Assembly: GCA_976226885.1 (NCBI GenBank)
Contig: OZ320321.1
Location: forward strand, 33,790,001 to 33,854,000
Source of the DNA: Iphione sp. A-MEVVRFRX5
Taxonomy: Eukaryota
DNA: 64,000 bases
Reading direction: 5' to 3'
Part shown: one piece after another, positions 50,001 through 60,931 of the stretch
Layout: every line of letters begins with the position of its first letter
How positions within the stretch are numbered: position 1 is the first letter of the stretch
Notes under the pieces: generated by a model
The model's input: only the letters and a program-made list of their open reading frames with translations
Told to the model about the DNA's origin: nothing
Database searches by the model: none
Made by a program: the position numbers and the translations under genes

Positions 50001-53000
50001 TGCACTCTTTTACATGAGTAAAAATTATGCTGTTTACCAAGTATTTGTTGACACCGTAAAAGAAGCCGACCTTGCTGTGGTAAGTAGAGGTGGATTACCT
50101 ATTTGGAAAGTGAGCGGCAGGGGTGAGGTAAACGCATCGTGTCCGACCACTGCTAGCTGCAGTCAGGGAGATAAGATAGGCACCCACTCTGTGTTATCGG
50201 AGTTTGTCAGCTCATTCATCGAGCTACAAACAGCCCTGCCCTGCCGAACCCAGGGGCTACATGGGCATGCATGTTCTCCAGGTTAAACGTGCCATAACTA
50301 ATTTTTGTTGGCATGACGAAAAACAACTAAAATTTATCATTACTCTGAATGGAAAACAAGAGATGCACAAACCTTTCTTGTCTGAAATGGTGGTAAACAA
50401 TTTGGAAAGTAATTTTATAGCTAAAAATGATGGGTTCAGGTTTTACGGACAGAGAACCAAGTGTACTGATTACATGGGAAATAAGTAGCCAAATCCCAGT
50501 TCGTGCTGACGTTTTTAGATGCTTGAATGGTAATTGTTGGAAGTAAATGTAAATCAAAATGCCCATTTGCCTATAATTGATACTGTTTCCCCCTGCATAG
50601 CAGCACCGGATGCTAATGCACTATTACTTTCTATATATAAATAGGATTTATTTACAAACACATTTTATGAATGAGCATTCGTCTGGCAGAGGCCGTGTGT
50701 ATACCGACCCCAGACTATTCATATCTATGTACGCATATAAAACAGACACACAAGCATACACATCGATGGCAATTAAAAACGCGACAGTTGTTCCGAGATT
50801 AAGGATTGTAAAACATAAACATGTACGGTGGAATTCTTTAATCCAGACCTGATCAGGACATCTCACACGTGAACAGTGAAGGGACAGAACTAAGTCAGTA
50901 AGCACACATTTAGATACTAGAGCTAGTCCGAACATCCTTCTTGATGTACATCTTTGGTCATTCCCTATGCTGTCTGTATAAAATTATTCATACATACATT
51001 TATGTGTGCATACCTCTTCAACACAATACACAATCCTGACCTGTCGAAACACAGAACGATGTAAAATAATTTATACTGTTTTAACAATTGGCTAAATGTA
51101 CGTACTGCAGTAGTACCATTATGGCTGTACACGCCTATATGTGGAGTTTGATAGAGCAGGTCAGTGTTAGCTACCGGGTCTTATTTCCATGTTGCATCTG
51201 ATAAAATCATATTCACTCATGATAGATGGCTGACCTTTACCGTTAGGCGCTGTCTCAGGTGACTCAATCTTGGATTTATTTTGGTACTACTTGAAAAAAA
51301 GACAGTTGCCGTGGTGATGGGGAAGGAGGAGGGAAGGGCGTATGTGTGTATTTTATGAAGCAGTCAGCCACGCTACAGGAATGGCCATGACAAGAATATT
51401 CTTCTGAGTTCCATATCTCAAACCCCAGTATATATCAAGGCGTGTTCTCCTCTAAGTGGCATGTGCCACTATGCTGTTTTGTTCTTCTTTTCATAATGGT
51501 GCTAGATCCGGGTCGTATTTGAGACGTTGCTTATATGATAACTGAATTCACGTCTATATACGAACCTATTCACAATCAATATCCGGATATATACAATCAA
51601 TGCGGTGTTAAAGACCAGATCACAGAGAAGACCAGACAAGGGGACAAACTTGGTTTTCACAGAATCGAAAGTAGTATTTCTATATTTTAAGATATCATAG
51701 AGGAGACCTGGCCAAATTAGAGACTGCAGATTTCTCCAGTCCCACAAGTTGTCCCCTAGCGAGAATCAACTGGGTATGCATACCCAAATGAAAGAAACAA
51801 CGGACATGTTTACAAACATTTTATAGTTGTAATAGACGTTTACTTTCATTAAAAAATGAAAAAATCCTGCATGAGATGACGGAAAAATCAGTCATTGGGA
51901 TCATGATTGTCACGAAGCTCTCCACTTCAGTTAACTTTGTCTTGGTTTTTATAATCATCATTCAATTTTATATCACCAGGAAGCTCTCAAATACAATATA
52001 ATGTCTTTTCAAGGTCAGAAACCTAGCTTCATATTCACCGAGGAGGAGTAAATTTCACCATTTGCTAACTGAATAGGGTACTGAAAGTAAGAATTAAAAA
52101 AGCTCTGGTTTAAAGTGTTGATACTCCTAGTCATATATACTGCAGAAATCCACCTTAGGGATGCAGTTCAAATAGGGACATACCTCTAATAAAACCACCT
52201 ATGTAAAAAATATTTTATATTTTTCCTATCTTAAAAAGAATTTCCAGTGGGGCTATGTCTCAATTATGGACAGTTTGTGAAAAAAACAAAGAGTGTCTAA
52301 TTAGAGGCTTTCTACTGTACAATGTTAAGCAGTATTCTATCCCATTTAAAAACTTTTGATTGGACTGGCATACATAGTGGAAACTCTATCACGGACCACC
52401 CTGTGGGACCAACCAAAAGTGGTCTTAATAGTGAGTTTGTTCACAAATAAGTAATGTCGCTTATAGAAATTAATACTTTTGTTCCCCTCGACTTAAATTA
52501 AGTATAAATCGATGTGGTCTTAGATAGAGTTTCCACTGTACAAAGCACACATTTTAATTCTGCTCACCTTGGTCTGGAGCATTGCCGCATCCACCTGCGT
52601 TAAAGCCACGCAACCATTCACCATGGTGAACGGATACCTCCCAGTTCTGCTTGTTCTGATGGAGAGGGGGAAAAGAGTGGAATTAATCAGGATATGTGGT
52701 AGACAAAGGAGAAAAGACTAATCTATTTTCTGAACCTAGCCAGTGTTGATTTAGTAGGTATAAAGTACCACCGTAGTCCCCTTCCTAGTTCGTGTTTAAA
52801 TAGTTATATATGGATAAAGATTTAAGAGGAAGGTGAAATGGCCAGTCTATCCCTGTATCTAGTCAGTGCTAAATTAGTAGGGATATATGGTAGATCATAG
52901 TTCTGTGACCACTCCATTACTGTACGTACCTAGTTAGACTTGAATTGATAAGGATACGTGGTATGCGAAACGAAATGTGGCCAAAGTACATTATTAATGG

Positions 53001-56000
53001 ACAAGCTCATCTGTCTCTTTCTACTTTCCTATATGTAAGCTATTCAAGAAAATCTGTCCAACAACAATGCAATGACCATCTAAATACTTATAGCCTGTTC
53101 TATATGGGGTATATTTGCATATACAATCAACACTCAGAAACCGAACTGCTTTAGTTTCCTGTTAATTCCTTTGAATTTTAGATTTGTTATTGGGGGCAAA
53201 GTTGACCAGTAAATATTCAAGTAGTGGCAAATTTGATGAATTAACATCCTGAAAGTGGCAAATGTAATGAGGAAACATCTGATTAACACTGAATTCAACG
53301 AAAAATGTGTGGAAATAAACAGATGTACTTAATCTAACATATGGTCACAAATATTCGTGTCCACTCCAGATCAATTCTGAATGCTTTATATCTTTGTTCG
53401 CCTAAGCAGTGCCTCTGAGTTAGGTGTGAAAGCCTCAACCAGATGTTTTGTCTTTGTTCACCATGTTGGGTATGGGAGGCTTGGAGAGGCACAAACGCTT
53501 CGACCAAACACTTTGTCTGGCATTGGTATTCAGTTTTTGAGTACATGATGAATATTCTAAAATTATTACCTATCATATTGAGAATCTGAATAATTGGCTT
53601 ATATTTGTTCATTTACAGTAAGAAATATTTTGTTCCAACAAAATCTGTTTATTTATTTGAGTTTTTGGCTTTAAATGTGTGGTTTTTGGAGAATCGTGTG
53701 TATATGCAATATACTTATATGACTTGTTTATCAAAAGTCCTATTCTCACTTGGTCATTACACTGACAACATTAAATTACATGTACATGTATTGTACTCCA
53801 CAAACTGATGAAATGATGAATATGACAGGTTACCGGAACTGCGTCCTGTTCGGGGGTTAGATGTACATACAGTTTAAAATTTCATCATTATTTATTATAT
53901 ATGTATATGGATTAAAATGAAAATTTTTAATTTGAGCCAAAAGTAATGGTGAACCATCAGTGCAACCTACCAGTAGGATTACCATTTCGTATTATACAGA
54001 GGTGCCTACCATATTCAGGGTTATTTCTCTGGAGTATACATGTCTAAATAAAGATGACAAAATTCAAGGTCAGTGATACTTTGACTTATACTTGTACTAT
54101 AGAGAGGTACCTCTAAAATTTAGGGATATTTCTTTGGTACGTTAGGGGCTCTTCACATGTTTCTGTATGGGATCCATATACAGTAGCAACTCAGAATTAT
54201 GACCACCAATGGTGGTTTTAGAACTGACAGTAATTCATATAAAAATTGAAAATGGTACTACACAGAGTTGCCTTTCATATTGAGGGTCATTCCCTTGTTA
54301 TATGTGTGTAAATAGAGATGCCAAAACTCAGAGTTAGTGATGTTCTGACTTGTACTGGCCCTACAGGGAGGTACCAACCATATTGAAGCCCATGTCTTTG
54401 ATATATGTGGTTTGACCGAGACCGCAGATGTTAAGGCTGGTAATGTTATGACCAGTAGTTGTACTACACAGATTCAGGCACCTACCATATCAAGAGCTAT
54501 TTCTTTGGTATACGTGTCCGGATAGAGATGGCAGAACTCCAGATCAGTGAAGTTGTCTATGAAGTCCTCGAACGATATCCTATGACAAAGGAAATACAAA
54601 GAAACAAAAGATCATGAAAGGTATATTGATGAATTATGCTTTCAACTGGATGATCAACACGTGCATTTTTACATATCCGTTGGTTATAGGATATGAGCGA
54701 GACGGCCATGATGGTAGTTTGGCATGCAAAGGTTTACGAGAGAGCAATTACAATGAACTGCGGTAAGTAACTATTTTGAAATATATTTACGGGCGTTATC
54801 CTTCGTCTCTAAGCATTTCCCTGTTATTTCCCTTGGCCCTCATATATTCCGATTCTGTTGCCTTGTACAGTCCCTCCCAACGGGAGACATAACTTTCCGG
54901 TTTCCCTGTACATGTATCTGTTTTTGTGAACCTCTATTCGCTGCCATTCACGTTTTCTTCTCCCTTTTTCATCTCCCATTTTTCTCATTTTTCTTTTTAC
55001 ACTGACTCCCTCTTTCTTACTCTCCATCAGTTACCCTTCTCTTCTAGTGGCTCATTGATGATCGATCTCTAGTTTTCTTTACAGAATTCTGTACTCACTC
55101 GATAGTTCTTTTTATTTACTTTGTGATTGGCACACTTTCACCCATCTGCTTGAATTCATCATCAAGTTGTCTATTTCTCAGACTCTAGCTGACACTTTAA
55201 ACAATTGGGGAGACAAGGGAAAGGAAATATTGGTAGAAGGGAAGAGATTGAGTCTGGAACGTGAGATGAAAAGTTTAGGCAATAGAATCCTGACTATTAC
55301 TACGAGAGTCGCTATTTTCCTGCATTGTTCTCTACTAGCTTATCTCGTACCATCATTACTGTCGGAGATCGTCATTGTCCTGCTATTGTTACAGTTTCAT
55401 ACCCAATCCATCCCCCTAGTCTGCTGCATTGTTCTCTCAGTGTCTGCTAGACTGTGTCGGCATTCCCTGTTGTCACACGACTTTTGTTTTCCCACTTCCT
55501 ACAACCAAGCATTTCACACTCTCTCCTATAATTCAAAGTTCAAACAGCGGCCTATATTGTCACGCCAGTGGTGTGTGTATTGTGCCTTGTTGGCCTACAT
55601 GAACTGTTACTTATACTGCCTTATCTTCTCTCTGTGTCTTCTTACTTTGGCCACCCGTCTCTATGTTTGAGAGTTTCGCTTCCAATCATTGATTTAGTTC
55701 AATTCAATTCAATGTTTTTATTCTCACTTCTCTTATACATTGTGTAACAGCTATTCCAGTGGGACAACAAAAACTAAGTAAAGAAATTATTAATACAGGA
55801 GGAGTATATAGAAAAATCAGTTGATGGTCCTGTAAAGGGGGATAGTTATAGAATGTATCGGTAGAGCAATGCTAATTGTTAAAGCCAAATGAATAATCCA
55901 TCAATCGCATTTTTCTATATTCCTTTGTGTTTTTCCTCCCTCCCTACTTTCATATCCCTCGGTCTCTTTACTTAAATCCCCTGCTTCTCTCTGTCCTTTG

Positions 56001-57686
56001 CTTTTGTCACTTTTTTGTCCTCTTCCTCACTCTCTACTTCCCTTACCATATTATCCCCCTTGTCTCTCATTCACCCAGTCGCCTTACACTCTCTCTCTCA
56101 CTCTCACTCACTCTCTCTCCCTCCCTCTATTTATTCATATAATTATATTTTTGTACGAGAGTAACCAAATGAGTGTTTTTTTTATACTTATTTGTTTGTT
56201 CTATGAAGGCCAGTCTGTAATTGCAATGACATTCATTGGTGATGAATTTTCCTTCGATATATACCAATATCGTAATAGGGCACATGAAATAAGATCCAGC
56301 ATTTCTTTTTTTCAGTCTACGCCATTTACTTCTAAATTTTACTGTTGAGTCTGTCTGTCAGGTACACCAACCAGAATTCCCCGTCTTCTCTGGGCACAAG
56401 TCCAATCTTGAGCTTGTCTTCCTCGCTGATTGCGCGCCACTCACGTGACCTGTCTGACCACGCTCCGTTCCATTCATCGCGCCCCCAAGGATTGCGCAGG
56501 CGCAAGAGACACACCTCTCGAGAATTGACGCGTAGCTGTAAGATGTAGGCAAACACTTCTCCTGTTATTTAATTCAAAGGGAAACACGTGGACTACTACT
56601 ATTCTGGCCACATAAGACAGTCTAAATCGTACCCAGGCTTTGTCTCTGGGGGAACACGGACGTAACTCAGTGTTTAATTATAAGATACTAGCGAGACCAA
56701 AAAACACTAAAATACATTAAATCTTACGAATGACCATTCCATTGAAAAGCTATTCTGAGATCATCGTAAATAGGGACTAAGTAATGTGAGCTTTCTAGGC
56801 CTCTACTGCAGCCAAAATGTAATTCCTCGAAGCCCAGTGCAGGGCAGCGTTAATAGTGTGCATGTTCAAATAGCGGATCGTCAGAAGGTTATTAGGCTAT
56901 GATAAATCCAACGTAAGTCTGCTGGAGCCGTATAGTCTCTGCCTTGTGAGGCCCTGGGATAAAAAATAAGTCCGGGAAATATGGATTTTACTCAGAGCAC
57001 CTCCCCCGAGCAGGTCGTTCACCTCTTTACTTATACATGTTGGAGCCACATTGCACTGTCCAGAACGCTCGGGTTCTTTAAAGAGATTTTGCGGTTATAT
57101 CCCCATTGGAAATTGTACTAATGTACCTGATAATTCAATAATGATATAATTTTTAATGATAATAATAAAAAATGTTTCCAATAACATGTTGCAGAAATAT
57201 GGGGTTGGCAGGTCGGTAGGGTTTTTTTGATAACATACAAATGTCATATTGAAAGGGCTAGACGTTCATTTGCAAGCTTGGACCTATCACTTCTACTGAC
57301 TGGATTTTAATGATTTTATTATCGTATAAAAAGGCAGTGACCTGGGAACAAAATGCCATGTATATGAGTCTGTGGTGTAAGTTCTTTCCAAGATATTTGC
57401 AAAAGAATAATAAAAACATGCCTACAGGTAAAACATCAGGGCCTGTTGGTTTACTTAAAACACAGATATTTTAATGTAGTTAGCCACCCGGATACGAAAG
57501 GGAACCTTAAATCCCCAAAGTGTCACAAAACATTAAAGTTGTTGACATGTATTCTAACGAAGTAAATTCAAATGCTATTGTCATCTCCAGGTCTGATATA
57601 CCATACTCATATAAGATGAACGAATTCCACGTTGAGGCAGCCATTTGAAAGAACTTGACATCTTACCTTCCTCAAATCGAAAATTC
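34958..57686 (-). CDS. Classical calpain (CysPc C-terminal part, C2-like/CBSW domain, penta-EF-hand), 5'-incomplete, 14 exons
   Basis: Exons 57686-57667, 56535-56372, 54579-54486, 52655-52568, 48236-48088, 46597-46380, 44705-44687, 44261-44150, 42233-42181, 41428-41360, 40099-40021, 36670-36554, 36248-36193 and 35017-34958 join in one open frame with GT-AG introns and matching phases. Hallmark motifs: [34 protein letters not shown]. Confidence 0.95.
36193..36248 (-). CDS. Calpain exon (EF5)
   Basis: ttccgtag|..|gtaagt; 56 bp; (N)[18 protein letters not shown]. Confidence 0.9.
36554..36670 (-). CDS. Calpain exon (EF4)
   Basis: acctgtag|..|gtaagt; 117 bp; [38 protein letters not shown]. Confidence 0.93.
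36962..37003. repeat. (CA)n microsatellite
   Basis: Direct reading, interrupted once. Confidence 0.9.
40021..40099 (-). CDS. Calpain exon (EF3)
   Basis: tttttcag|..|gtaagt; 79 bp; [26 protein letters not shown], canonical DxDxxGxIxxxE loop. Confidence 0.95.
41360..41428 (-). CDS. Calpain exon (EF2)
   Basis: aacaaag|..|gtaagt; 69 bp; [23 protein letters not shown]. Confidence 0.92.
41735..41965. repeat. Degenerate minisatellite of about 30 bp
   Basis: Recurrent ggcaaatttggctgaaaaacagcaaaactca. Confidence 0.75.
42181..42233 (-). CDS. Calpain exon (pre-EF2 helix)
   Basis: ttttctcttcag|..|gtatcc; 53 bp; (D)[17 protein letters not shown]. Confidence 0.92.
44150..44261 (-). CDS. Calpain exon (EF1)
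   Basis: tttgataag|..|gtaggt; 112 bp; [37 protein letters not shown]. Confidence 0.9.
44687..44705 (-). CDS. Calpain 19-bp linker micro-exon
   Basis: tgtgttacgtag|AACGGACTCAATACTGAAG|gtatgc; supplies the phase 2 to 0 bridge needed between the flanking exons; (R)TDSILK. Confidence 0.65.
46380..46597 (-). CDS. Calpain exon (C2-like domain, C-terminal half)
   Basis: tctctcatcgcag|..|gtaaag; 218 bp; ..[42 protein letters not shown]. Confidence 0.95.
46611..46935. repeat. Degenerate minisatellite of about 55 bp
   Basis: Recurrent agg.atcctggatgatc.gtgata...gattag.aactgtgtgc. Confidence 0.65.
48088..48236 (-). CDS. Calpain exon (C2-like domain, acidic loop)
   Basis: ctgcttcag|..|gtgagc; 149 bp; [32 protein letters not shown]. 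Confidence 0.95.
52375..52540. mobile_element. Tc1/pogo-type MITE
   Basis: Terminal inverted repeat (t/c)agtggaaactctatc / gatagagtttccactg followed by TA. Confidence 0.75.
52568..52655 (-). CDS. Calpain exon (start of C2-like domain)
   Basis: ccctctccatcag|..|gtgagc; 88 bp; [29 protein letters not shown]. Confidence 0.95.
54010..54463 (-). repeat. Tandem array (about 103-107 bp unit) of decayed copies of the adjacent calpain exon's 3' part plus its donor region
   Basis: Copies ending at 54379, 54276 and 54010 align with 54486-54554 ([62 protein letters not shown] vs [23 protein letters not shown]); partial remnants lie between 54100 and 54270. Confidence 0.85.
54486..54579 (-). CDS. Calpain exon (end of catalytic domain)
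   Basis: cctttgtcatag|..|gtaggt; 94 bp; (W)[31 protein letters not shown]. Confidence 0.95.
56372..56535 (-). CDS. Calpain exon with catalytic Asn
   Basis: catcttacag|..TG|gttggt; 164 bp; [33 protein letters not shown]. Confidence 0.96.
57667..57686 (-). CDS. Probable 20-bp calpain micro-exon
   Basis: ttttgctgttcggctttag|GAATTTTCGATTTGAGGAAG|gtaaga; (G)IFDLRK, phase 1 to 0, fits between HAYSxTG and the RNPWG exon. Confidence 0.55.
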
Positions 57687-60425
57687 CTAAAGCCGAACAG
57701 CAAAATAATATTTACCGTTTCTTTATTAATAGCTTTTCCCTGGAGCATAATATTCAGCACTCATAACCTGTGATTCCATTGAGTGCTTTCCCCAAAGGCC
57801 AAGCGCTACTTTAGGTTTTAATGCAATGTTCTTTAAGTGTTCTTTTTGTGGTTATGGCCGTTCACTTGCGAAAGCCAAAAGGGCATTTCACTTTCAGAAG
57901 GAGAGACATTTTTGAATTCCCAGGTCCTCATGGGTTTCTTTTTTTTTATTTAGCAACAACTTCATCATCACGTATAGTTTTATCGGCTGCTGCACAGCAA
58001 CATCTAGCTGTCCCTGAATGTAGATTTAGATTGACATTATCATAATCTAATTCAGGGAAACGGATTCTCTTCAGCGCATAACCTACGACCTCAATCTAAG
58101 AGGCGTGGGGTCATTCTGTTATCTGGTTCCGTCTGATGGCAAGCTCTAGGCTGAATGTGCCAGAAGCGCGTTTAAGGTCTGGGCAACCAGACCTCATTTA
58201 GAGAACCAGCGCGCCCTCCTCTTATGAAGAAGGGTTATCTTCTTGGGCCAAAATGGTAGCTAGAAGATGCTTTACGCCCAGGATTATCTCCGTTTTATGA
58301 TGATTTCGTGCTATATTCCATCGATGGCTTCGGACAGAGGCGCCATATTGTCCGTCTTAATCTGTAACTCTATCCAACCTGTTTACGACGGGAAAGACCA
58401 CAGTAAAACCTCTTTCTGTGTAGAGGGACATTTTAACGCCTGATACCCCACGCTGTCCCTGTACACTCATTTTTCGGCCGCAATATTAGAAGGAAAGGAA
58501 ATCGTCCGCAGGGAGTGTAATTTCGGTATTTGAAGGTTTTCGACCGAAAGCCCTTCATTTTTCACTGTTAAATCTCCGAGTATAGTGACGCCGTTTGGGC
58601 ATTTGAACTGATTATGTTTATAGCAGAGGACTGGTTCACTGCTACTGTTAATCGACATACAGTCAAACCCTAATGAATGTATCAGCCCAATTCCTGCCTA
58701 TTTTACTCTAAGGTGCAGAATTCGAAGACAGTCCACATTTAATTATGATTTATTCCTTCCGACATGCTCCAATTGAAGAAGTATTCTGGTCTGACAAGGT
58801 CTGATTGTACAGTTAATCTGTCCTATGTTGAGTATTCCACGGGTCAGACCTCACTGCAGTTCAAAAATCACATTAATGGCCGAACTTCTTTCATACATTA
58901 TATGCCAATTAAACAATCGCGTAATCACGTCACAATGACACAATCATAGCAGAGCCCTCCACGCACACTAACCAGGAGAACGTAAACGGTGTCACATGTC
59001 ATTTTGAAGCGGCAATAGGCTGATGCAAACCGTCAATGGCTTTCAGTAGGAATGCTTTATTTTCACTGCACTTCACGCAGGATTCATGCATGGGTATATG
59101 CAGGGTTTGTTGAGTGCAGGAGTGACCCGCATGATATAAGGCAGTGCCATGTGGGGTATCTTGGGCTTGTCAGGTTTCAGTAATCAACATTTTAACTACA
59201 TGTATATTTGAGGAGTTCTCGTCATGGGTTTGAGAAGCAAGCGCACGCATAACAATATCTTGGTTAAAGATAGAATTAAGTATGCAGTTCCAATCATGTT
59301 ATGAATACGTCAGAATTCTTTACCTAAATAATTGTTTGCTTTAAATATATTTGTCCAAATGGCAACTTAATCACTTTACATACGAGAAAACAATACCCCC
59401 TGCACAAAATAAACGACTGCAATGATTCTGACAGTATTATATAACTCACAGGACACCTTTACCAAGCGGTTTCAATTAAAGTAATCGTTGGTGGTAGGTC
59501 GTGTTATTTGTATCAGATATGTTGGTTATGCTCTGTTTTGCTCATCTTAGACCAGATGTAATATTAAATGTTGGCACTTAACGAGACGTTGGGTTGCCAT
59601 CTGTTTCTTGGATCTCTTTTAGAAAGATGTCGTTACAATATGTGTATATACATGTACTATCAACATCCCCTCCATCGTGCAGACAGCCAAGCATTCACTT
59701 TAGTACATCAACATATTTGTAATTATAATTAAAACCTCAAAGGACCCATCGGCGGAAGGCTTGGTCATTGTCATTGTCAGTTCTTCATATCACCTTGGTT
59801 GCTGGGGCCCCTGAAATCCATGTACATGTCCTAGCTGCAGACGACTTTTCACCATTCAGCAATGGTCTGTGGCTAGAGACTGTTTTATTGCTGCATGAAG
59901 CAAAGACAAGTGAAGTTAGTGTTCCTACCCTACAAGCAATAGGTCAATATACAGTGTAGAGTGTATATCAAAAGGAGATCGGTTAGATTTGTTGTGGTAT
60001 GGAATGTTCGGCCCATGCACGAGTGTGCTGTCCTGACTGCAATGTGAAGTAAATGTGATAATAATACTTCAGATATACACATCCCAGTGGAAAGGATTAT
60101 TCGCTCTGATATATGGTGTACCTGAGGAGAGCTCAGAGCAGAGCAGACCACGGGTGAATTCCATCGACTCCAGTGGATACAAAACGTTTCTTTGTGCACA
60201 TACAAGTACATATATACAGGTAGTATTGTAAGCGTGCGAAGGGGGATTCTTTGTCAGACTCCATTTCAACTTGATATGGTACCGACCAGCACGACAAGGG
60301 TGTAGTATGCATCTGTAGCTCTTTTCGGTCGTGAAACAGAAGAAAGCAAATATTGAAAGCAAAAGGCAAGCTACCCTTTGGAATATAAATGGAACTTGCG
60401 CAGCCGTTGGCATGGAATATAGTAT

Positions 60426-60931
60426 TGTAACGTGTCGGTCGTCGTCAGGCCAGATGGCTATCGCGAAATAAAGAACTTCCACACAGAGTATGCGTTGTTG
60501 CTCTCACTTCCAAGTCCGGATGAGAACTGTCTTTATTCAGGAAATCAGTGCCCTTATATACAGAGTCTGGCTCTAAAATTAGCCATGGTACATCCTTAAA
60601 AATAGTAACACCCTCCCCCAGAGATCTTTCTGGAGGGGTGCTTCTGGAACCTTCTACAGCACATACTACCTTTCTCTATAGGATCCTTCTGGAAAGATCT
60701 TTTCCAGAACCTTCCATAGCACATACTACCTTTGATCCTTCTAGAGAGATCCTTTTCTAGAACCTTCCGAGCTATGCTCAGTACACACGTACTCCCTCCT
60801 AGGGGAGTTTCTAGAATGTTCTTCCCACCCCACGCCACCGGTGGCTATTTCGGAGGATTATCCTCCGAGAACCCTTTTGGAGGAACACACTCAATGCGCA
60901 TTTTGTTCGTACCAAACACCGAAACGCTACA
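60426..60931 (-). mobile_element. 3' LTR (506 bp) of a minus-strand LTR retroelement
   Basis: Termini TGTAGCG / CGTTACA on the minus strand (6 of 7 inverted match); polypurine tract AAGGTGGGGGAAG immediately upstream (60932-60944); TATATAA at 60560-60554 then AATAAA at 60537-60532; tandem repeats of about 55 bp in U3 (60610-60770). Confidence 0.8.

Noticed and set aside
57765-57815. GLWGKH.. / ..GITG as the calpain catalytic His exon
   Set aside because: The frame with the His gives the wrong splice phase, and the frame with the right phase has no His.
60069-60482. WSALL, SHAYNTT and RGLLCS peptides as calpain catalytic exons
   Set aside because: WSALL is followed by a stop, the motifs are in the wrong order and in different frames, and the ORF runs into the LTR.
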